From: Thraustochytrium aureum
Taxonomy: Eukaryota
Direction of reading: 5' to 3'
Length of the DNA stretch: 48,524 nucleotides
Assembly (NCBI GenBank): GCA_012862495.1
Contig: BLSG01000025.1
Location: 12,120-60,643 of the forward strand
Part shown: positions 22,841 to 32,996 of the stretch, in pieces
Layout of the letters: every line of letters begins with the position of its first letter
Position numbering within the stretch: the first letter of the stretch is position 1
Notes under the pieces: generated by a model
What the model was told of the DNA's origin: nothing
Seen by the model: only the letters and a program-made list of their open reading frames with translations
Database searches by the model: none
Translations under genes and position numbers: made by a program

Positions 22841-24692
22841 TCAGCGGACAGGGGGCAGCGCCGAGGACGAACCGGCGGACCGGAAAGACCCGTTGCGAGA
22901 CGAGCTCGAGCTGTGCGGCCGCACGAATTCTGTTGTTGTCGTCCCGCGCCGCGATGAGGCCGACGACCCCCCAGACGACGGGCGACGCGGGCGGGATTCA
23001 GCCAAAGCCCTCGGACTCGGAGAACGCGCCCCGGGGGAGCTGTCACCAGGAACCTTGAGCTCGTTGATGCGACGGTGCGGGCTCGTGTGGCCCGGATGCT
23101 TGCCGAGCTGCGACGAGCTTGGAGGGTGGTGCTGAAACGATGCCTGTTCCTGTTCGCTGGTGAGACCGGCCGTTTTTGCCACGGCCGAATCGTCGGGACG
23201 GTTCTCATGCCCACTCTCTAGCGCGCCGGCGGCGTCGCCCTCCGCCTCCTCGGATCCCGCCTCAGTTGAGAGCTATGGCGCCGCACCGGCGGGTCCTCAA
23301 GTTTTACGAGCGGTGGGGCCTCAGATGAAGCGGTCTGCTTGACTGGCGTCTTCGCTCGTGTGTGCGGCAAGCCGTGGTCTATCCAGGGCATGAGTCGAAG
23401 TTCGGTGACGGTCATTCGCTCCGCCGGGTCGAGCCTTAGCATGGCCTCGATGAGGTGCTTGCAAGACTCGGAAACGTCTTCGTCGTCGTGAAATTGGTAC
23501 GCCCCGCGCTGGATTGCCGAGGAAACCTCGCTGTAGGTCGTGCCCATGAAGGGCAGGCGACCCGTCACCATGGCGAAGAGGATGACACCCATCGCCCACA
23601 CATCCCGGGGGGCCCCCGCAGTCTCCTTGCCTCCGAAGACCTCGGGCGCGATGTACGCCAAGCTGCCAGCAGAATAGTCGGAGGTCTTGCCCGGGTTGCA
23701 GAGCTGCGAGAGACCAAAGTCTGCAATCTTGACCTGCACTGTTTTCAGCCGGACGCTAAGATCGGCGCTGTATTGAGCCGTCGAGCGGCGTGCTGCCGCG
23801 TCGATCGGCTCCTCCCCACCAATCTGCCTCTGGCTCCCAACGATGTTTCCGCGGCCCGTCTTGGGGCTTTTCGGCGAGGCCGGGGGGGTCTGTCCCGAGT
23901 GGTTTACGAGCAGGATATTTTCCAGCTTTAGGTCGTAGTGGACGATGTTGTGCCTGTGGCAGTACGTGACGCCGTCGATGACCTGCACGAAAAGCCGCGA
24001 AGCGTCCACCTCGTTCAATGCGCCGAGCTCGTCGACCACCTCCTTGAGGTCTCCGCCGGAGGCGTACTCGAGGGCTAGCACCATAAAGTCTGGCAGGTCG
24101 ATCACTTGTTGCAGCTTGATCACGTTCGGGTGGTCGAGCGAGTTGAGGCACTGTATCTCGGTGAATACGCGCTCTGCATCCTGAAAAGTGCCCATCTCGC
24201 TCTTGCTCATAAACTTTAGCGCGACCTGCTCGCCGGTCATTGTGTGCGTTCCAATGTGCACTTTGCCGAATGATCCTTTCCCGAGAAACTTGCCGAGGAA
24301 AAAGCTCCCAACGACTTCCTCCTCTTCCTCTTCCTCGTCCAAGCGCTCGTCTTCTTCTCGCAACATGTCGGGGGCGCTGTCCCCTGGTGCGCGAAAGTTC
24401 TTGCCGCCGACGTTTGTCGAGCCCCTCGAGGATCGCGCGGTACTTCCGCCGCCGCTCGGGTCGCGGCCGTCGCTAGAGTAGTTTGCGCCGTCTTCTCCGC
24501 GCCGCGATGTCCGCCGCTGCAGGTCTTCGCCCCGAACTAAGACGTACAGCACGTCGTCTTGCTTGATCATGATCGTGTCGTCGATGACGTCGCCGTCCAA
24601 GTTTACGAACCGCTCGATGTCGCCAATCCCCAGTCGCTCGGAGGCGTGCTTGAGCATCGATGGTATCGTTTCGCTCGGCGAGATGTCCATGT
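22841..24692 (-). CDS. CAMK-group (SNF1/MARK-like) Ser/Thr kinase with N-terminal KHA/DCX-like module; 5' end in gap; frameshift near 23265
   Basis: Kinase motifs GKGSFGKV, VALK, HPNVIKL, LEYASGG, HYDLKLEN, DFG, GSLAYIAPE and DVWAMG. N-terminal segment ASERLGI...NLDGDVIDDTIMIKQDDVLYV. A Ser-rich tail continues in the next frame to TGA at 22841. Confidence 0.88.
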
Positions 24693-25804
24693 NNNNNNNN
24701 NNNNNNNNNNNNNNNNNNNNNNNNNNNNNNNNNNNNNNNNNNNNNNNNNNNNNNNNNNNNNNNNNNNNNNNNNNNNNNNNNNNNNNNNNNNNNNNNNNNN
24801 NNNNNNNNNNNNNNNNNNNNNNNNNNNNNNNNNNNNNNNNNNNNNNNNNNNNNNNNNNNNNNNNNNNNNNNNNNNNNNNNNNNNNNNNNNNNNNNNNNNN
24901 NNNNNNNNNNNNNNNNNNNNNNNNNNNNNNNNNNNNNNNNNNNNNNNNNNNNNNNNNNNNNNNNNNNNNNNNNNNNNNNNNNNNNNNNNNNNNNNNNNNN
25001 NNNNNNNNNNNNNNNNNNNNNNNNNNNNNNNNNNNNNNNNNNNNNNNNNNNNNNNNNNNNNNNNNNNNNNNNNNNNNNNNNNNNNNNNNNNNNNNNNNNN
25101 NNNNNNNNNNNNNNNNNNNNNNNNNNNNNNNNNNNNNNNNNNNNNNNNNNNNNNNNNNNNNNNNNNNNNNNNNNNNNNNNNNNNNNNNNNNNNNNNNNNN
25201 NNNNNNNNNNNNNNNNNNNNNNNNNNNNNNNNNNNNNNNNNNNNNNNNNNNNNNNNNNNNNNNNNNNNNNNNNNNNNNNNNNNNNNNNNNNNNNNNNNNN
25301 NNNNNNNNNNNNNNNNNNNNNNNNNNNNNNNNNNNNNNNNNNNNNNNNNNNNNNNNNNNNNNNNNNNNNNNNNNNNNNNNNNNNNNNNNNNNNNNNNNNN
25401 NNNNNNNNNNNNNNNNNNNNNNNNNNNNNNNNNNNNNACAAGTCAAATGCGGATCGAAGGTAGTAACCAGATGACGCAGAGCTTGCCGGATGACAGCCTC
25501 ACGGTGTTGGCACGAACCGTCCGTGACGGACTTGTTGATGATCACCTGCGGACCATAATAGTTGGCCCAAGCAACTTGCTCACGAAGCATGCGAAGGCAC
25601 GAGCCGCTAAGCTGGAGCTAGAGCTTCACAGGCCTGAAGTGGGGACACAGGCGGAGAATCAATGGGCGGAAACTGGAGCCACCGCTTGCCGCGCCGCGGA
25701 GGCCAGCCCGTGTGGGGTCTACCCGGCCGAGACAGCGCGAGGTTTGTCGTTAAAAAAAAATCTCTCTCGGCTAGTAGCTACTCTAGAGAGAGGGAGCGAG
25801 CTCC

Positions 25805-26922
25805 CTACAAGGCTAGAGAGGCATCCGGCGGACCGAGTGGGCGTGCAAGGTGTCGCGTGTGGCCAAGGAGCGAGTAAAAGTTGTTGCCGACAAAGCCCGC
25901 GTCGTCCTTGTCAGGCCCAGACGGCGCCGCACTCGCTGCGTCGGTAGCGGCGCTCGCACAGAGAAGCTTGGCCTTGTTCATCTTGGCCTTCTCGAGAAAC
26001 TTTAGCAGCGTCACCTCCCTGTCGCTTAGGTCCGGATGCCACAAGTCTACGATGAGGCACACACGCCCCTCCGCTGGGTGCTTGTTCCACGCCTCGTGCT
26101 CAAAAGAGTCGTCGAAGGCGACGCAGCGTCCAAAGGCAAAGACACGGGTCTCAGAGCCGACGCGGATGCCAGAAACGCCGCCGTCCGGCACTTGAAGCGG
26201 GAGGTGAAGGCGCAGTTTCTTGTTGGTCGGCCCGTTGTGCTTTGCTATGTGCGTCCCTGGTGCCAGCACGGAGATGAAAGCGTGGCAGTACCAGCGAGGA
26301 ATCGATTCGATGAGGGCCGCGGTCTTTGGGAAAACCTCGCGGTTGGCAGAAAAGTCGACGTTGTGCAAGTGCAAGTAGCAGACGTTCCAATCGCCTTTGT
26401 CGTGGCCCAGGCTGCCCACGCCGTCGGCTGCAACGCGCCCTGGGTTGACCCAGTTCGGCGCGCGGTACGGCTGGAACACGGGCGAGGCGCGCGCGCTGCG
26501 GAACTCTGGGCAATCTCCATGGCTGCGCCCTCGAGTCGCCGCACGGCGTCGCCCACCGACGGGTCGCGCTCCCAAAAGGGCATGGCGCGCAAGCCTGGCA
26601 CGAGGTCTGGACACCCATGCTGCCACTTTGGCGCGGCCATGCGGTGCCTGGCGCGCTTGCCTCCGCCGAGCTTGCTCAGAAACCAGTCGCGCACGCGTTC
26701 GAGCCCCTGCGGCTCGCACGCCATCTTGCGCAGCCACTTTCGAACGATTACCTTGCCAAGCTCCGCGAGCCCAAACTCATCGCCGAGCACGTCCTCCACG
26801 CGGTCCAGGAGCGCCGCCTCGCGTTTCTCGGCCGCCTCCGCCGCGGCCTCGGTGGCTTCAACCGCAGCGGCCAGGAGCGTAGTCCGCGTCGCCGTTTCGA
26901 GGAGGTCGTCCTCGCGCGCCAT
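25805..26922 (-). CDS. Aspartyl/asparaginyl beta-hydroxylase-domain 2OG-Fe(II) dioxygenase (frameshift near 26507)
   Basis: Motifs PGLRAMPFW, FPKTAALI, ISVLAPGTHIAKHNGPTNKKLRLHLPL, FDDSFEHEAWN and LIVDLWHPDL. The halves join at EIAQ/EFRS. Confidence 0.88.
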
Positions 26923-27123
26923 TCGCGCCGCACGGCGTCAGCTGCAAGATTTTCTATTCTCAAGTTGGCGGCCCTTGCTTGCTCCCGGTCGCGCCTGGCA
27001 TTGGGCTGCTGCCGCCGCCGCCGCCGCCGACGCCGCAGAGCTACTTGAGTCTGTGAAAGTTGCGAGGATTGGCAAGTTGGCGAGCTCTTGATGGAACAAT
27101 TAGACGAACAAATCATGTTCCCT

Positions 27124-28000
27124 ATTGAAAAAAAGGCGTTGTGCTGAACAACATGACGGTGAAGGCGATCTTCTCAGCCACCCTGCGCCGCTTGACTCGC
27201 GCTCTGACGTTCGCATCGTGCTGTACGGGCTGCGGGTCAACGAGAGACATTTCGTGGGCATCATCGCGTGGAGGGTTTGGCGGTGATGCAAACGCATTTG
27301 GCTCCACTGGCGCTGCTTGGGACGTTGTGGATCTGAACGACGCCGTCGGAAGACCATGCACGAAGGACGCGAATCTCAACTTGAACGCATCGCCCTTCAG
27401 CTTACGTATCGCGACGCATTCGTCGACGCGCGAAGTGTCGCCTGAGGCCTGCAAGTCCTTCTTTGCAAGGCTCAAAAAGGCTTTTGCTCCATAAGAGATG
27501 AGTTTTGGGAGCAAGTCGAGGCTCTGGCGGCAGCAGTGCCCGTCCATGAAGAGCACGACACGAGTCGCAGGGGTGGCGTCGGAGAGGTCTGGATAGGCTG
27601 CTTTGACGACTGACATGACGATTTCCAAAGAGTTGTCCTTTGTAACTGACCCAGACTGCGACACAGTAGTTGACCTGATCGTACTCGCGCTGATCGATCG
27701 GCTGCAACTTGGCTGATGTGCACCACTCCTTGCAGATGGCGTCCATGTTTTGTTTTTGGTTGGCGGACAACTTTTTTCCACAGAGGACCCAGGCTGGCGG
27801 CGCACAGTCTCCAATGAGGTTCATCCCGGCTAGCACAGTCACATGCTGCTCGTCCTCTTTCCGCATCAGCGAGCGGAGTTGCTGGCCTTGCGCGACGAGA
27901 TCGCCCAACACGGGCCCTTTCGCTTTGCTGCGCGTGCTCTGCTTGTCCTTCCTCCCTTCGACATGAATGCTTCGACATGAATGTACTCCATGTGGTTGGT
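27124..28000 (-). mobile_element. Decayed pogo/Tc5 (DDE_1-type) transposase fragment
   Basis: HVTVLAGMNLIGDCAPPAWVLCGK...SQSGSVTKDNSLEI...RVVLFMDGHCCRQSLDLL follows the DDE_1 pattern (VTVL..G...PP..I..GK / SGW / LLILDGHSSH). There is a frameshift near 27660, the domain is cut short after ISYG, and no TIRs were recognised. Confidence 0.7.
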
Positions 28001-28550
28001 GGTTGGGTTGGTTGGGTTNNNNNNNNNNNNNNNNNNNNNNNNNNNNNNNNNNNNNNNNNNNNNNNNNNNNNNNNNNNNNNNNNNNNNNNNNNNNNNNNNN
28101 NNNNNNNNNNNNNNNNNNNNNNNNNNNNNNNNNNNNNNNNNNNNNNNNNNNNNNNNNNNNNNNNNNNNNNNNNNNNNNNNNNNNNNNNNNNNNNNNNNNN
28201 NNNNNNNNNNNNNNNNNNNNNNNNNNNNNNNNNNNNNNNNNNNNNNNNNNNNNNNNNNNNNNNNNNNNNNNNNNNNNNNNNNNNNNNNNNNNNNNNNNNN
28301 NNNNNNNNNNNNNNNNNNNNNNNNNNNNNNNNNNNNNNNNNNNNNNNNNNNNNNNNNNNNNNNNNNNNNNNNNNNNNNNNNNNNNNNNNNNNNNNNNNNN
28401 NNNNNNNNNNNNNNNNNNNNNNNNNNNNNNNNNNNNNNNNNNNNNNNNNNNNNNNNNNNNNNNNNNNNNNNNNNNNNNNNNNNNNNNNNNNNNNNNNNNN
28501 NNNNNNNNNNNNNNNNNNNNNNNNNNNNNNNNNNNNNNNNNNNNNNNNNN

Positions 28551-29100
28551 CAAGATCAAGAGCTTGAAATGCGTGAAGCAAGCCAGACTCCAGCATCATG
28601 AAAGTGTGAAGCAATGCGCTTCAATCAAGCAGACGGATGATGATGATGATGAAGATGACGATGACGGAGTTCGTCGCGCTGCTTCGATTTCCGTGTCCAC
28701 GGGTTTCGTCGGGCTGCCACTGCAGACGGCCTAAGCGTTTTTGAGCATTCCAAAGAAGGATTTCCAGGCCTCAATCGATACCGCGCAATTAAACGAACTC
28801 GTTGCAATACGAAAGCGCATGGACACCGCGCTCAAGTCCAGATTCGCATCTTTCGCGCGACGGCCTCCGATTTCGTCCAGATCATCCCAAGCGGCGCCAG
28901 TGCCGCCTGATTTATTTGGACCACCGCCGAGGCCCCCAGGCGGTCGTCTCTACGAAAGTACCCGTGATGACACACAGACTCCGCGGGAACGCACGAGTGT
29001 GGCAGCTCGAGGCAGCTCGAAACGACACAAGCTGGACTCCAAAAGTGATCCATGCATGCATGGGGTTTCTAGGATTAAACTGCGGAAACGTCGCTTTTAA
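28551..29100 (+). pseudogene. Inverted diverged paralog of the C-terminal region of the transposase remnant, with in-frame stop
   Basis: TA*AFLSIPKKDFQASIDTAQLNELVAIRKRMDTALKSRFASF...SSQAAPVPPDLFGPPPRPP aligns with GAKAFLSLAKKDLQASGDTSRVDECVAIRKLKGDAFKLRFASF...TSQAAPVEPNAFASPPNPP at about 27270-27490 on the minus strand. TAA at 28732-28734 sits where the other copy has AAA. Confidence 0.72.
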
Positions 29101-30617
29101 CGCAGCCTGAGGCGGGACGTCTCTGCGCACGACGGAGGCCGCGTGCCAGTCCAATCTCACATTGCAAGAGTGAATAATCCGCTTTCGTCAACGGCTCATT
29201 TGGGGGATTTGGTCCCGATTTGGCAAATCATTCTCCGGACCGGCACAACATGGAGCTAGCAGCCGCTATGCACGTCATGTTCGGGATATCAAGCGCCGGC
29301 CACAGCGGCGCCTCTCGAGCCCCGGCCATAGCGGCGCCGCGAACCCTGCGTTCCGTGCTGCTTCAAAACTCAGGCCATCTACGTTTTCGGTCACCGTGGC
29401 CCGTTGTCAACAGAGCGGGAGTGCGCAAGACCGGAGAAATGTCTTCGGTGAGCAGACAGTTTCGTGGACTTCCCTCCCGGTACCGACTGGCACTGGCAGA
29501 CCCTCCAAGAGCTTGAAAATCCATCTGCCAGTGGGTTGGCGTTGTGAAGCTCAGAAAAAGACCACTCGCCTCCTCAACCATGCTGACCGAGTGACACAAC
29601 GCCGCAAGGCAAGTACTAGCACGCCAGAGCCTACGCCAGAGCCAATGTACGAGCACGTGACGTGACGACGAAAAGGACTGCCGCGGCAAGTACACACTGG
29701 ACAAGTTTCTTTGATGGCCTGATGAAAAGCTCAAGCACTTTAGCTTGTGAAAAGTGTTGGAGCCTGAGACCAGAAATGGTCTGCATGAGGAGTAGGTACT
29801 CTAACAGTACCTCAAAGTAGCCTAGTAGTTGGTATTCCCGTACTCGGGCTGCTCTTGAATCCTACGGTGGGATCTGAAAAACGCCTCCACACAACCTTCA
29901 AGTTTGCCAATGGGTGGAGGACAGCAGTTGCGCGCTGCCGTTCCGGTCCAGTGAGAGTCTCATCAGGCGCAGTTTGGGCACTTTGTGACTTCCTGCCTTG
30001 CTTTCTGCATTCTGTTCGGCTTGCAGAGCTTTGATCATTTCATGGGGGGCACAAGCACACCATCTGCAGTTGGAGCCGTACCATAATGCAAAGTCACAGC
30101 TACTGAGAACCGGGACTGCGTCGCGCAGGGAGTGTCCACGTTGCCCAGTCTCAAGCCGGAAAAGAGGTGGTTCTATGCAATGCTATGCACGAAATGTTGG
30201 AGCCTCGGAGGAGCCTCTTTTGATTGAGCTGTTTTGAGCTCTTTCTCTCCCTGCAATGAAAATGTGACACATCGCCGCGCGATGAAGAAAGAGACTGCCC
30301 CGAGGAAAAAAGTAGAGTACCCACATTGGCCTACCACTTCTGCTGTTGCGGAGCGTTGTGTCGCACGGTTCTTGCCAAGGAAGTAAGGACGGAGCGCAGC
30401 GCCGGCTTGCGCGCGAGGAACCCTTTTCTGCAAACGAAAACCGCAAGCGCTCGACGAGCTGAGGTTTTCAGCAGACCCGCATCTAGCAGGCAGCAGACCC
30501 GCATCAAGCAGCCAGTCACCAAGAGCAGAGCAATAAACCTCCAACAAGACAAGCCAAAGCCCCCAACGCTCCAACTTGAAGCGCAGCCAAGTAGCGACAA
30601 GACACGCAACCAGCACC

Positions 30618-31064
30618 ATGGGAAACGGCCTTCTTGCGGGGATCAGGGGCACCGTCATCCTCCCCGTGGTATTCGCGAGTTTGTCCTTGGGAAGGGCGTG
30701 GTCCAAAGACGACGATGGCACGGAGATCAAGATCCTTGGCAAGGGCGCTCCTGATATCGATTTCGTTCGCTCTGTTGCCATCGGCAGCTGCGTGTCGTTG
30801 GCGTTAGCGGTCGTGACGCTGGTTATGGTTTTTGCAGCGCAAAAGCCCGCTCAATTCCTGATTGCCTCGGTCACGGCAGGCGCGGCAGCGGTAGCCTCGT
30901 TCGTAGCAATCGGTATCTTTGTATCGAATGTCCAAGACGCTAGTGAGAGCGTGGATGTTGTCTACGAGTCAGGATTCGCTTTTCAGGCGATCTCTGCAGG
31001 AATCTGCACGCTTTTGGTCCCGTTGACGCTCATTGTGCGTTCGAAAGGCGTAGAATCCGAGTAG
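30618..31064 (+). CDS. Small four-TM membrane protein, claudin/PMP22/amastin-like
   Basis: 148 aa from ATG 30618 with four hydrophobic segments, a Trp after TM1 and YESGF before the last TM. Confidence 0.65.
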   Translation: MGNGLLAGIRGTVILPVVFASLSLGRAWSKDDDGTEIKILGKGAPDIDFVRSVAIGSCVSLALAVVTLVMVFAAQKPAQFLIASVTAGAAAVASFVAIGIFVSNVQDASESVDVVYESGFAFQAISAGICTLLVPLTLIVRSKGVESE

Positions 31065-32996
31065 GACCTATTGCGGCAAGCTTGGGACCAACAAGCCAGA
31101 GCCTGTTCGCGGCGAAGCAGTTTCGGCCACTCGGCTTTCAAAATTAAACGATCACGTATCCTTCAGCAGAGTCGTCGAACGCGTGTTGGTTGGCAAAGTT
31201 GCCAGCCCGCCCGCTTATGGTTGTACTACACTTGTAGATGGAAGTGGCATTGCGTAAATGACAGCGGGCGCAAATGACAGCGGACGACGAGAGGTGTCAC
31301 CCCCCCCCAACTCGACGTGCAAGTTGGCGAGAAGTTGCCGGCGCTGCAAGTGGCCGCCTCGGTGTCGCTCAAAACCCAGTGCAGCAGCGCTGTAGCCACC
31401 CCGGTTGAAGCTGGTCGTGCGCCGCACGTTCGAACAAGCACGCGACACCACGAAGAAGCGAACGAGCTGCGAGGCACGTTCGCAACACCCTTGGCCTGAT
31501 ACGCGCCATGCGTATGCGTGTCCAATCTTAATGCTCATACCGCCGGATGATTCTTACCAAGCACTCTGTTGGAGCCCGTGGAGTTGGCTTGGCCCCACAC
31601 CATGTTATAGATCATCAGTGACACCCTGTTTTAGTCACAACGTGCGCGAAGGCTTTGCCGCGATCGCAATCGGCAAAGCAAAAAGCCAACCAATCCCCGA
31701 ACGAAGTAAAGGATCGAGTAGCGCCGGCAGAACAAGTCCCGGGCCCGCTGACCAGCTGGAGGAGTATTACCCCAGCTGCTCGTAGCGCGGAGAGATAGCG
31801 CTGGCGAGGCAAACAAAGACCCAAAACTCGCTCAGCTGAGGCTCGCCAAGGTAGGGCGAGCATGTCGTAGCGAAAAATCAACGAGTCCTGGTCCCGTGCA
31901 AATTCGCCAAACGGGTGTGGGTTGGCGACGTGGCCAGCCGCCACCCGAAGTACTAGAAGACATTGCGCAGATGATAGCGGGCGACGAGAAAACGTTCGAG
32001 GTGACTGGCGCTGGAAGTGGTTGCCTCGACACCCAAAACCCGGGGCAGCATGTTCCGCACAAACACGTGTACTTCGTTGGCCCATACAATTGTGTGGTAG
32101 AGTAGAGTAGGTAGAAGGAGCTTGTAGCGGGTAGAGCGGCACAGGTACTCTCACCATTTCACCGCCCACGAGTACACGAGTCCTCAACTCCTCGTCCCAC
32201 ATCTGGACGGAAGAGCAGCCTGAGGTGCCGTCTGCCGCGTCCGAGTTGACACCTTTCCTCCGTTCCGCAAGGACGATGGAGGGGTTCGCTTCAACTGCCG
32301 GGCCGCGCGGGTGAAAAGATGGACCGAACGCGAACGGCAACGGTGGACGTTGTTTGATTGATTGATCGACCAGAGCGCGAGAGAGAGAGAATCGTGCGTT
32401 CAGGATCTCGTCAGGGCGTCTCCTTACCAGCAGCGGTGTTTAGGTAGAGAGTAGAGAGAGTAGAGAAGGCCCATCCTTCTACTCTACTCGGGTAGAGTTC
32501 TTCTTACTTACACTGCCAGTGCGAGGCAGCATGGACTCGAGTACTCTAGGGGTATAGTAGTCTGCAGGTGGTCTACCGGTACAGGTACCGACCGGTAAGT
32601 AGGTGAGGCTTCGGTAGGTCTCTCAGTCTTCTTTCGTCTCCCTCGTCATCCGGGGAATCGGCTCGTTCACGAAACGGGGTCTAAAATGTGCCGCCAAGTC
32701 GTGGACGTGAGGGCATGGGGGGTGGACATGGGGGGCGCCGGCCACTTTTGCGCAGAGATTGCAGACGAAGCCAGAGCCTGTGAGAGTTGTTGCCTCCCCT
32801 CGTATCAGGATGTCAGTCAGCCTGAGGATGCGCAACACAGCAATCGGGGCACGAACAGACAGCGAATGCTGGCGAGGAGCACGCTCGGCAGCGTTCGAAG
32901 GCACAGCAGGAGCACGCAACAGAAGCAGCGCAGCGGACCAAACGCGGTGGCGCGTCGAGCTGGAAGCCAACGAAAGAAAGGGAGGGGCCGACAAGG

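Noticed and set aside
25438..25590. MLREQVAWANYY... as the kinase N-terminus
   Set aside because: It is joined to the kinase only through a 745-bp gap, with no motif support.
24473..25947. Long ORFs spanning N-gaps
   Set aside because: Their length comes from X residues, and frame across gaps of estimated size is meaningless.
27993..28018. Telomere-like GGTTGGGTT repeat
   Set aside because: Short, irregular GGTT microsatellite at a gap edge, not a regular telomeric unit.
27090..29300. Terminal inverted repeats for the transposon relic
   Set aside because: No matching TIR pair or TA target duplication was found by eye.
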